Below the pieces are notes generated by a model. The model ran no database searches. It was not told the DNA's origin and saw only the letters and a program-made list of their open reading frames with translations. Below are positions 50,748-63,404 of a DNA stretch of 64,000 bases, piece after piece; the first letter of the stretch is position 1, and each line of letters starts with the position of its first letter. The translations under genes and the position numbers were made by a program. The stretch comes from Octopus sinensis (Eukaryota). The stretch is from the NCBI RefSeq assembly GCF_006345805.1, contig NC_043021.1, positions 17,174,001 through 17,238,000 on the forward strand, written 5' to 3'.

Positions 50748-51988
50748 TGCACACACACACACACACACATATATAGTGTCATAATTTGGTATCCGTATTC
50801 CATATTCAACAAGGGACACATTGAAAAAAAAAAAAAAGAAAACCAAAAAAAACTCAATGAAGTATTCCTGAATAAAAACACTGATACTGGAATTTTGGGT
50901 TGTGTTGGTTCCCAGGAATATCTGAAAGAAAATCCAGTTCCTCTGACAAAGTCTCACTCCCAGACATTTAGCACCGATCAACCTTTGCGATAATCCTGCT
51001 CCAATTCTCTTAGTCATTATGTGGCTAGAGTTTTTTTGTGTTAATTGAAATGGTATTTAAGATAATTTCACTAACGGATATATGCACTCTATTACTCTTT
51101 TGTGTCATTGGACTGTGGCCATCCTGGAGCATATCTTGGCTCTGAAAGAAATACCTTTTTTTTTTGTGGTTTTGTACTGAATACTTAATTTAATTGTGAC
51201 ATGGTTGTTTAATTACTCAGACATTCCAAAGAACTTTCTCCAATGTTTTTTTTTTTATTTCAAGAATATAAACTGTTAATCGAAGGGATATTTGGTTGCT
51301 ATTTCTAGCTGGTTGACGGAGACCCTGTAGAGCAGTGATTCTCAACCATTTTGTTTTTGCCTATGGATCCCTTTGATCCCTATATTGCTTACTCTCCTAG
51401 ACCCTCAACCCTTTTATACTTTAGAAAAATCCTATTTTATTTTCATAATACTATAGCTGAGTGGTAAGAAGCTTGCTTCCCAACTACATGGTTCCAGGTT
51501 CAGTCCCACAATTTGGTACTTTGGGCAAGTTTCTTCCACTTTAGCCTTAGGCTGACCAAAGTCTTGTGAATGGATTTGGGAGACAGAAACTGAAAAGAAG
51601 CCCATTGTGTGTGTGTGTCTTCATGTTTGCCCCCCTCCCCTCTTCCACTGCTTGACAACTGCTGTTGGCATGTTTACATCCCTGTAGCTTAGCAGTTCAG
51701 CAAAAGAGACTGATAGGAATAAGTACCAGGCTTAAAGTAGAAAATGAGTGTTGGGGGTTGATTAGTTTGGCTAAAAATTCCTCGTGGTGGTGCCCCAGCA
51801 TGGCCGCAGTGTCATGACTGAAACAGGCGAATAGAAAGGTGCAGGCATGGTTGCTTCCCAACCACATGGTCCTGGGTTCAGTCCCACTGTGTTACACCTT
51901 GGGCAATTGTTTTCTACTGTAGCCTCAGACCGACCAAAGCCTTGTGAATGGATTTGATAGATGGAAACTGAAAGAAGCCCACTGTTTG

Positions 51989-52037
<49 letters not shown>

Positions 52038-54341
52038 TCGTTTCTGTTTGTTCCCCATCATCACTTGACAACCGGTGTTAGTGTGTTTACATCCCCATAA
52101 CTTAGCAGTTCCGCAAAAGAGACCAATAGAATAAGTACTAGGCTTAAAAATAAGTCCTGGGTTGATTTCCTCCACTAAAAACCCTCCAAAGCAGTGCTCC
52201 AGCATGGCCGCAGTCAAACAACTGAAACAAATAAAGATAATTATATCAGGAAATTATTAGAATATTTGGTGTCTTGTCGAAACAGAACCAGTTTATTGCC
52301 CATGCTTTTGAACATCAAAATCTTAATGTAGGTCCTGGTTTAAAACTACTGTTGTTGAAGCTGTGAATTAAGCCAGGGACCTCTTTTCATCCAGGGACCT
52401 AAGTTAATGTAAAATGAACCCCCTCCCCTCAAAAACCTACATTTAAACCAGAAGAAAGGTTCTCATCTCACTTTCCCACACTTTTATTTCCCTGTCATTG
52501 TAACAATATGAATTGCTTGAAAGGTCTCAGGATTGATGAAAAAGATAGAATAAAATAAAATATAGTGTTTGGGGTTGTGTGAAAGAGAGGGTGAATAGCT
52601 AGGGTATGTGTGTGTATAAATAAAGTACCCTTTTTTTTTTTTTTGACCCAGTCCAAGCACACAGTAATTTATTTCAGTGATGTTGAATATTTTGGTGACA
52701 CTTGAATGAACAATTGTTGTGTCTAAGCAAAGCCAATGACTCACTGCCTGCCTGCCTGCCTGACTGACTGACTCAGATACCTGGGTATTCAATATAGACA
52801 AGGTGATGGGTAGAAAGTTAATTATTATCAGGGCCATGTGAATTTTTGGGAAGGTTTGGAAAGAAAAGAAAAATTAAATAAAAAAGTTAAAATCCATTTA
52901 ATTTGATTTGACCTTTTTGACACCAGTCTGTGGAAGACCACCCTCTCTGTCATGTAAAAGAAAAAAATAAACCTGTCCCTTTTACAATCTTTTATTAAAT
53001 TGTGACCATGCTGGGGCATCACTTTAAAGAATCTTTTAGTTGAATGACCCAACCCTCAGTGCTTTTTATTTTTGAAATCCTTGTACTTTATTCTACTAGT
53101 CTATTTTGCTGAACTGCGAAGTTACAGGGATATAAACACACCAACACCAGTTGTCAAATAGTGGGTGGGACAGACAGAAAGACACATACACACAATGGGC
53201 TTCTTTCAGTTTCCATCTACCACATCCTCTTGCAAGACTTCGGTTGGACCGAGGCTATTTGGAAGACATTTGCCCAAGATGCCATGCAGTGGGACTGAAC
53301 TCAAGACCATGTGGTTGGGAAGCAAATTTCTTTCCGCACAGCCACATCTGTACCTATGTTAATATCTAAATAGGTGCTACCATGGCTGTGTGGTTAAAAG
53401 AAGCTTGTTTTGCAGCCGTGTGGTTTTGGGTTCAGTCCCGCTGTGCAGCACCTTGGGCAATTGTCTTCTTCAGTAGCCATGGGTCAACCAATGCCTTGTG
53501 ATGGAAACTGTGTAGAATCCCATCACTATTTTACATTTTCAAGTCTTTATTGTTGGTGTTTAACCATTTCATTGCCATACATGTTTCTGTTAGGTGCAAG
53601 AAGCTTGTTTCCCAACCACATGGTTCTTGGTTCAATCCCTCTGTGTGGCACCTTGGGCAAGTGTCTTCTGGTATAGCCTCGGGCCGACCTAAGCCTTGTG
53701 AGTGGATTTGGTAGACAGAAACTGAAAGAAGCCCGTTGTATATATATGTATGTTTGTGTCTGTGTTTGTCCCCAGCATCGCTTCACAACTGATGTTGGTG
53801 TGTTTACATCCCCGTGACTTAGTGGTTTGGCAAAAAGAGACTGATAGAATAAGTACCAGGCTTAATAAAGAAGAATTTATTGAAATGATTGTCATTATTA
53901 AGCTGGTGTTAGGAAATAATGGTAAAATTCTCTTGAGAGCTGAACAATAGGTCTTCAGACAAGTGTTCTGGCCCTTAACACTTTATACTCTAAGTGGGTC
54001 CGGGGCTGCATCCAGGTCATGGTTCCTGGGTGCCCATCTGCTGACGCTTTTCAGCTATTGGGTATCAGAGATTTGTGTGTTTAAACTGCTTGGAGATTTC
54101 ATCTCGTCATAACTCCTTTCCATTGATTCAGCTTTCAAACTGTTGTGTCGAGGGTCATTGACACCCCTGGGAGATTGGAAGAATGGACTTGCCGAACTCT
54201 TATAAAGAGTAGTGTATTGGTTGAGACAACAGGTCGGTAGGAGTCGTTGAGAGGGTTTTGGAGTTCCACAAAGTATGTCTTAGGAACACCTTGATTTTAC
54301 TTTCACTTCGTTAAATTAATATATCCAACATGTGTCTAGGA

Positions 54342-54520
54342 CAGTGGTTTTCAACCAGGGTTCCGCAAGAAGTTACAAAACTGCTAAAATCGGCAGTAAT
54401 TTTTAATTCTCCTGTGCAGATATGTGTGCATAAGACTATTAAAATATTGCACAGGGGTTCCTCGAGCCAGTGGAATGTTTCCTTGGGGTTCCGCTCCAGC
54501 AAAAAGTTTGAAAAGCACTG
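54342..54520. mobile_element. hAT (Charlie/Buster-type) MITE, 179 bp, intact TSD
   Basis: CAGTGGTTTTCAA...TTGAAAAGCACTG with perfect 8-bp TSD GTCTAGGA (54334-54341, 54521-54528), central TA. Confidence 0.9.
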
Positions 54521-55316
54521 GTCTAGGATGTAACACAAACTTTATACTTACAGTAGAAATAATGTTGGTTGTCATGGTAGCATGAAATTTTGATGGAAGG
54601 TTTTAGTTTAGATCACTTGAAAACAAAATGTTTGTGTCATAAAATTAAGGGTGGATTGGTGCCAAAAGGGTTAACCCTTTTGTTAGCATATTCCTGTTGA
54701 AACTCATTATCGTTGTTGCAGTTAATTTTGGAAATATTGAAGAATTTGGTAAAATAACTTTGTCGTTAATCTAGTTTTTGGAACATGAATTAACATGGAA
54801 TTTTGATAAAAGGTTTTTAACGACTGGGTTGGTCTCCAGTGAGTGCCTGTCAAATGGGTTAATCCCAAATGACTCCTAAGTTGGAAATAATCCTTTTAAG
54901 CTGCGATCCTCCCTTGCGTAACAAAACAAAACTAAACAAGGGAGAGAAATCTCATAATATCAGCCATCAGAAGTTTTTTTTAAATGTGGATGATGCAAAT
55001 GAGAGAAGATCTTGTCTTTAAAGTGTTGTATGTATTTTTTGGGGGGTTGTGAAGTAGTAATGGCGTCTATGTCCCTTTCTCCATCGCCAGCATTGTTGTT
55101 TGTTAGACATAAAATTGGGAGCCCAGGGATGTAGGTGAGGAGGGTTCACCTTTTTATTTTACCTTACCCTCATGGTGGCGGCTGCTGCTGTACTAGTGTT
55201 TATTTATTTTTTTTATACCTTGTTTTGAAGTTTTTCTTTATTCTGGTTGAAAATAAGATGAAACTTAATACAAAATGATTTCTACCTTTCAACTTGGCTG
55301 CTTGCACGTTGGCACT

Positions 55317-55348
<32 letters not shown>

Positions 55349-55663
55349 TAGTTAGAAAGCCACCTGATGCCTACCTGTGTCTACCTGTCTACCTGCTCTA
55401 TTGTTTTGTGTCACATGGCCTGAAGCAGTGCTGGTTACCTAAAACCAGATACCTTTCTTCTCCCCAGCTCCACCATCCTTCCACCCCCCCCCCCATCATG
55501 TTCTTCTTGTGCTTTTAGAATCTTTGTGAAAGACTTTGGAGATTTTTTTTTATTTCAGGTTTTATATTGGTGATTGTTGTTGTTGTGCATTAGACCTGAC
55601 AACCTTTTTTAGTTGGGTATTGTATCATGTTAGGTAACTGCCACTCAACTCCACCACAATTGA

Positions 55664-55694
<31 letters not shown>

Positions 55695-55748
55695 GTGTGG
55701 GCGTGTATGTGTGCCTGTCTGTCTGTAGGCATGGCTTTATGGTAAGAA

Positions 55749-56347
55749 GGCGGAGAGCTGGCAGAAACGTTAGCACGCCGGGCGAAATGCTTAGCAGTAT
55801 TTCGTCTATCGCTATGTTCTGAGTTCAAATTCCGTCGAGGTCGACTTTGCCTTTCATCCTTTTGGGGTCAATTAAATAAGTAGCAGTTACGCACTGGGGT
55901 CGATATAATTGACTTAATCCGTTTGTCTGTCCTTGTTTGTCCCCTCTATGTTTAGCCCCTTGTGGGTAATAAAGAAATAGGTATTTCGCCTGCCGTTACG
56001 TTCTGAGTTTAAATTCCGCCGAGTTCCACTTTGCCTTTCATCCTTTCGGGGTCGATAAATTAAGTACCAGTTACACACTGGGGTCGATATAATCGACTTA
56101 ATCCGTTTGTCTGTCGTTGTTTGTCCCCTCTATGTTTAGCCCCTTGTGGGTAGTAAAGAAATAGGTATTTCGTCTGCCGTTACGTTCTGAGTTCAAATTC
56201 CGCCGAGTTCCACTTTGCCTTTCATCCTTTCGGGGTCGATAAATTAAGTACCAGTTATGCACTGGGGTCGATGTAATCGACTTAATCCGTTTGTCTGTCG
56301 TTGTTTGTCCCCTCTATGTTTAGGCCCTTGTGGGCAATAAAGAAATA
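55749..56347 (+). repeat. SINE family 2, head plus 3 tandem body units
   Basis: Same architecture as 10773-12279; a further 2-unit example at ~49659-50007 and many degenerate monomers. Confidence 0.9.
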
Positions 56348-57666
56348 AGAAATTAGCTTTGCAATCAAATGGTTCTGGGTTCAATTCCACAGCATAGCAC
56401 CATGAGCAAGTTTCTTCTACTGTAGCCTCAGGTTAGCCAAAGCATTATTTGTGGATTTGGTAGATGGAAACTGAAAGAAGCCTGTCATTTGTGTGTGTGT
56501 AGTGTATGTCCTCCACCACTGCTTGACAACCAGTATTGGTTTGTTTACATCCCAGGGGTGTGTACATACACACACACTCGAGCAGATCTATTGTACAATA
56601 CTGCATTTGTTTAACCCCTGTTCAGTCCTGATTGAGCAGTTTGATGATGAAAGGCATTCCAGCTGTGGCCACCCTGTCTTTTTAGGAATAAATCTAGGAT
56701 TACATATTTGTCCATTTTGTCCATTTATTATTTAAAGTGGGTCAGATGTGATCTGAGTGAGCCTTCCGAACATGAATTGGGCTGATTGACCATGACTGGA
56801 CACATACCCCACTCTTCTTCTCCCATGTGATGCTGTTCATCATTATTGACAGTGACGAGTTTGCATTGCCACACAGGAGTGGCTGTGTGGTAAGTAGCTT
56901 GCTTGCCAACCACATAGTTCTGGGTTCAATCCCACTGCGTGGCACCTTGGACAAGTGTCTTCTACTATGGCTTCAGGCCAACCAAAGCCTTGTCAGTGCA
57001 TTTGGTAGACAGAAACTGAAAAGAAGCCCATTGTGTGTGTATATATATATATGTATGTATGTATTTGTGTGTCTGTTTGTCCTCCCACCATCGCTTGATA
57101 ACTGATGTTGGTGTGTTTACGTCCTCATAACTTATCGGTTCAGCAAAAGAGACCAGCAGAATAAGTTCTAGGTTTACAAAGAATAAGTTCTGAGGTCAAT
57201 TCCTTCAAGCAAAGGCAGTGTTCCAGCATGGCCACAGTCAAATGACTGAAACAATTAAAAGACTTATGTATATATCTATATGTAATATATATATATATTA
57301 GTGTGTCTGTGTGTCTTTGTACACTTGGTTCTGTTTAATTGTATAGCCTCAATCATTGACATTCTTGAGTAATTAACCAAATTCACGTGGGAAGCAATAA
57401 ATTACAAGACTTCAGTATATTGTCAGTTGTATTGTGATATGGAGACATGTGGCCTAGTGGTTGGGCTCGCAACCTTAAAAGTCACGAGTTCAATTCCTGG
57501 GCCAGGCGATGTGTTGTCTTTGACCAACACTCTTCATTTCACGTTTGAACTTAAATTTATCAACCCTAAAAGCATGAAAGGCAAAGTTAACCGTGGTGTA
57601 ATTTGAACTTAGAACATACAGACAGATGAAATACTGCTAAGCATTTTGCCCAGCGTGCTATATATA

Positions 57667-57723
<57 letters not shown>

Positions 57724-57876
57724 CTTCCTTTTCTCTCCTTGTTTTTTTCTGTGTCCCTCCCTTCTGTAGAAGAGCATAGGCTCGAAACAAAAGACTTTTT
57801 CTATTTCTGTGCGTTATACTAATACATCTGTTTGTTTTGTACACCACCTGTCTTCGTCTTTTGTTTTTTTCGTAAA

Positions 57877-57919
<43 letters not shown>

Positions 57920-58125
57920 AAATATAGGTGCAGGTATGGCTGTGAGCAGAGAAGCTTGCTTCTCAGTGACATCGTTTGGGGTTCAGTCCCACAGCATGGC
58001 ACCTTGGGCTAGTGTCTTATGCTCCAGCCTGGGGCTGAGTGAAGCCTTGTAATTGGATTTGGTAGGTGGAAGTTATTGTGTGTGTACATGTGTGTGTAAG
58101 TTACTTGGGCCTCCTAATAATGAGG

Positions 58126-58164
<39 letters not shown>

Positions 58165-60046
58165 TATTATTTATTTGTGTATAAGTTGCATTGTTTTATA
58201 TTTGGTTTTTAATTGTGATGACATAGGTATGGAGCAAAACTAAAACTATGTAGTGAAAAAATTTTGTACTAAAATTTAATGTTAAATTAGGGATGCGACT
58301 TATACATGAGAAAATATGGTGTGTTTGTGTGTAATCTTGGCTTGACACTTATTTCGCTTATCCCCTAATAAGATTTCTCGATTCCCTTTGATATTTTTCA
58401 ATTATCCAGGCTTAGCCAGATTGATAACGTGCCGACACTGACTTGCATATACTTTGAAATCAAACTGCTGATACCAGCTGATAATGAACTAAGGTCAAAC
58501 GGATGAAGAACAATTTAATTAGGTCAACGAACAGGTTAACGTAGTCATCTGATATAAACAACAAAAGAATGTTGATTCGTTAGTGGTTTCGAGACGATCC
58601 TTTTGCATGTCATATTTTACAAAGATTTACTGATTGGAAAACAGAGATAAAAATTACGCAGGGTTGCAGTATCTATAGATTTTAATTTACTGAAATGGTA
58701 AAGGCGCCGACTTGGCAGAACCATTAGCATGCCAGGCAAAAATTGCTTAATGACCTTTCATCTATTTTTACGTTCTAAGCTCAGATTCTGCCGAGGTTGA
58801 CTTTGCCTTTCATCCTTTTGGGGCCAATAAAAATAAGTGCTAGTGACATATTGGGGTGGGGGCTCGATGTGCCAAAATTTGAAACCAGTTTCTCGAAATA
58901 AGAATAATTGGAATATATTTGACTCTTTCTGATATTTTTTTTTTATAGACATGACCCTGTAAACTGAACTCTGTTGCTTTAGTCACCATGGAAACAGAAA
59001 CTTCTAGAATCACTTGAGACGTTCATATCAAATCAAATGTTTTATGTACCGTTTTGACAGTTTTTTTGTTGTTGCTCAAAACTAGAAATATAAACTGACA
59101 CAATTAACCGATATTAGCTTGGTTAATTGCACATGCAATTAACCCAAGTACATTTGCATAATGGTTCAGTGTTTTCAAGAGTTATTCAATTAACCATCTT
59201 GTATATATGCGTGTATGTATATGTGTGTATATATATATAAATAAAATAAAGGCGATGTACTTGCACGACAAGTATTTTGATCTGAGATTATATGCTGAAA
59301 CTGGAGTGTTTGTTGTGTAGAAGAAACACAAAGACCATTAACTTCACACCATATTGCTATTGCTCAAAGTTAATGGCCATCCATGCTGAAATCGTTCTCT
59401 CTCTCATATATTTGATCAAATCACTGAATGCATAACCGTCCTGTTAAAAACAAGAAACATATTTCTCTTGTAAAGTGGTTGGTGTTAGTAAGAGCTTCAA
59501 GCTGTAGAAACCATCCTGAAGTAGATAGTGGGGCTTGGTGCAGTCCTCTGGCTTGGCAGCACCTGTCAAACCGTCCAACCCATGCCAGCATGGAAGATGG
59601 ATGTTAAGTGATGATGATATATATATATATGCATATGTACACATATTTGTTCATGACCCTTCATAGGCCTCCAAGATTGGTGAGAAGGAGAGAGAGAAGA
59701 AGCTGTTCTCAAGCTGGCAGATTCTTCAGTAAATTGGACAAAATGTTTAGTGGCATTTCTTACAGCTCATGACATTCCGAGTTCAAATCTTGCCAGGGTC
59801 ATCTTTACCGTTCGCCCTTTTCGGGGACCAATAAAATAAAAAGTGCCAGTCTGGGGTCAATGTAATCAACCCTCCTCCTCCTCAAAATTGCTGGCCTTGT
59901 ACCAAAATTCTAAGTCATCATCATCTTCATTAGAGGGAAGTGATGTCTGGTAGCAAGTTTATTGAAAGGTGGGTGAATGTCGCAAGAATGGCCAGTATGA
60001 ACGGACCAATTCTGAGGATAGACCTGTGAGAATTAAAAGGAAATAT

Positions 60047-60323
60047 AAAAGGAGAAAGGGGCTCTCTACCCCCGCTTTTGACCAGGCTCCCGTGGCTTTT
60101 ATGGGTTTTTCCACGAGTAACCTTTCGAAGCGCCTCCCCCTATTGGGAGTTTTAATTGTTACTTATATTTCGTTGTCATCCTGCTTTTGTACACGGACTT
60201 TTTCAAACGGACAAAACCCTTTGTAACTTTCATCCTGTGTTTTGTCCCTTTATGTTTTAATTGATTTTTGTTAGCCCTTGTGGCCAATAAATGAACGAAT
60301 TATTATTATTATTATTATTATTA
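60047..60323 (+). mobile_element. 3' UTR fragment of a Tx1/L1-like LINE
   Basis: Shares CTCCCCCTA(T/C)TGGGAGTT and GCCCTTGTGGCCAATAAA+(ATT)n with 42494-42690; inverted relative at 61613-61894. Confidence 0.7.
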
Positions 60324-60324
60324 T

Positions 60325-60600
60325 TGCCTCTGCCTTAGCGAAGGCAGGTATTGTTTTCAGTCATATTTGTTTGTTTATCCATGGACAAGATATCTCAAGA
60401 ACTTCTGGACGGATCCAGTTGAAACTTTCAAGGATGTTTGGCCTCATGACTGGCATGAACTGACTAGATTTTGGGATTGATCTGGTATCAGACAAGGATT
60501 CTGGGTTATTTTTCTTGTTTCTTTACTGAATTTTTGAGAGCAGTCAGGCTTATTTTTAGTATTCTCGTTTGTGAGTGCAGTCAAGTTTATTTCAGATATT
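60325..60600 (+). mobile_element. Possible HINE/DINE-like non-autonomous rolling-circle element
   Basis: GTTTGTTTATCCATGGACAAGATATCTCAAGAAC..GGAT..GAAACTTT pattern recalled from such elements; no termini verified. Confidence 0.35.
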
Positions 60601-61086
60601 GAAAGGTCACACACACACACACACACATGCGATGAGCATGTTTTAATTTCTGTCTACCAAATCCACTCACAAGACCTTAGTTGGCCCGAGGCTATAGTAG
60701 AAGACACAGTGGGACTGGACCTGGAACCGTGTGGCTGGGAAGCAAGCTACTTACCCCATAGAAAATAAAGTATCGCTTAACTCTTAACATAGATTTAATC
60801 AACTAATCCTTATCCTCTTGAACTTTAGGCCTTGTGTTTATATTATTATTATTATTATTATTATTAGTATAGTAATAGTAGTAGTAAGTATTTTGGTATA
60901 AGACCAGTAATTTTGAGGGGTGAAGTCATCTGCACTCAACTGGTACTTATTTTATTGACCCCGAAAGAACGAAAGGCTAAGTAGACCTTGGTGGAATTTG
61001 AACTCGGAACATGAAGATAGGTGAAGTGCTGCCAGGCATTTTTGTCCACTGTGCTAATGGTTCTACCAGCTCACTATCTTAATAAC

Positions 61087-61118
<32 letters not shown>

Positions 61119-61612
61119 TCCTTTCTACTAAAGGCACAAGGCCTGAAATTTGAGGTGAGGGGGGCGGGGAATCATCGATTACTTTGATCCCAGTGTGTGA
61201 CTGGTACTTATTTAATTGACTCCAGAATGTTAAGCCAGATGAAATGCCGCTAAGCAATTTGTCTGGCTTGGTAATGGCTCATTCAGTGTTTTAAATCTGG
61301 GTTTTGTCCCCGTTAACAAGGGAGGCTGGATCTACTTCAATGCCATAGCAACTGAGGTAGGCAGGTGCAGCCCACCCCAACCTTTGGGCTGGCTGGTGCC
61401 CATTCCCCCTTGCTATCATGTGGCTATTTTGGATCTGGATTTTCTACAGGGAGCATGCCGTTGCTTACCCCCAACCCCAGTTTCTAGACATGAGTGGTCC
61501 TAAGACCAATGCCTCTACCATGATTTTTAAGAAATGTGGTGGGAAACTAGCTCAGGAAGGCCAGGACGCTATTCCCTGTGAACCCTTTAAGAGTTACCCC
61601 CCACCTAACAAC

Positions 61613-61894
61613 AATAATAATAATTAATTCTTTTTATTGGCCACAAGGGCTGACAAACATGATTGGAAAACATAAGGGACAAAACAGGACGAAACGTTAC
61701 AAAAGGTTTTGTCCATTTTTCGAAAGAAAAAAGTCCGTGTAAACAAGCTTTATAACAACGAAAAAAAATTCAACAATTTACACAACTCTCAATAGAGGAG
61801 ACGCTTCGAAAAAAGAAAGGGTCTCATGTGGAAAAACCCATAAAAGCCACGGGAGCCTGGTCAAAAGTGGGGTAGAGAGCCCCTTTCTCCTTTT
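61613..61894 (-). mobile_element. 3' UTR fragment of a Tx1/L1-like LINE (inverted relative to 60047-60323)
   Basis: Reverse complement aligns along the length of 60047-60300. Confidence 0.7.
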
Positions 61895-62643
61895 TACTCT
61901 AGGCAGAAGGCCTGAAATTTACAGCAAGTCCAGTGTTTCATTGGTATTAAATCTATTGATTCTTGAAAGGCAAAGTTGACCTCGGCAGAATTTGAACTCG
62001 GAACGGAAGGATGGACGAAATGCTGCTAAGCATTTTGCCTAGCATGCTAATGGTTCTGCCAGCTTGCTGCCTTTTTATTTTTAAGGTTCTGCCAAATTGC
62101 CGCCTACATATTGACAAATATTGGTTTTATTATTTTGGTACGAGGCCAGCAAATTTTGGGGGGAGGGTGTAAATTGATTATACCAATCCCAGTGTTCGGG
62201 TGGTACTTACGTTATCGACCCCAACATGATTGGGGCAAAGTCATTGCCGGTAGAATTTGAACTCAGAACATGAAGACGATGAATTGTCACTATACATTTT
62301 GTTGAGCGTGCTGATGATTCTGTGAGCTCACCACCTTCAATCACAACAACAACAATAATAATAATAATAATAATAATAATAATCTTTCTACTAGAGTCAC
62401 AAAGTCTGGAATTTTTTTTTTTTTTTTTTGGTCTCTGTTGGAGAGGCTGCTTAGTTTATAAATATCAACCCTCAGTTCGCAGCTGGTACTTATTTTCTCA
62501 ACCATGAAAGGTTGAAAAGCAAAGTCAATATCAGCGGAATTTGAATGCAGAACGTAAAGCCGGAAGAGATGGCAGCTAAGTAATTTCTCTGCTGCTCTAA
62601 TGATTCTGCCGGCTTGCCACCTCCAATTAACAGCAGTACGCAG

Positions 62644-62677
<34 letters not shown>

Positions 62678-63404
62678 ATACAGTAACAATGAGAATGTTT
62701 AATGTTGTTGAAAAATAAGTCAGGTAAACCTGCAGCAAACAAAATTCTTTTCCCCTCCACCTTTCCTAAACTGGTGACTTACTTTTGTGTGGTAGAGTCG
62801 GGACTTGAGGGGGGGAATTTGAGGTTGACTGATGGTTAGGTGTATTCAGCTACCTGCTCTGTGTAGCTATGGCGATTCTAGTTATACCTGTTGGTGGTGA
62901 TGACGATGATGATGATGATGGTGGTGATGATAGTGATGGAGTGGTGGTTGCTGCTGTTGTTTAAAGCAATGCTGTAGAAACAATAACACTATCAGTGACA
63001 GGTAACATCATCTACAGTCGTCAGGTAATTAGGACAGAGCTACTTAAACATGGTAACACCTGCCAACATGTATTAGGTACACATACACACGTGCTTAAAT
63101 ACACATAACCCTGTTGTGGATATGTGTGTGTGTATATATCTGTCTATCTACTGCTTTCTCTCTCCCTTCACACACACACACACTCACACACACACAGGTA
63201 AGTATTCACTTGTATATAGTGTTTCTGTAATTAAGCACTTTGTCTTAATTAGTGTTTGTGTATATACTCACACACATATACACACGTTCATACATGCACA
63301 TGTATGCACACACTCTCATGTCAGTTTCTATAAAGGTTTATATACTTAGATACAATCTTAGATTCAGTTACTCTTAATAGAATTTACATACACATGAACA
63401 CATA

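Noticed and set aside
53950-54300. GC-richer block as a coding exon
   Set aside because: Stops in the frames I translated, no recognisable motif, no convincing splice sites.
59118-59148. 14-bp hairpin CTTGGTTAATTGCA-CA-TGCAATTAACCCAAG
   Set aside because: Too short for a pre-miRNA, AT-rich, and no other support.
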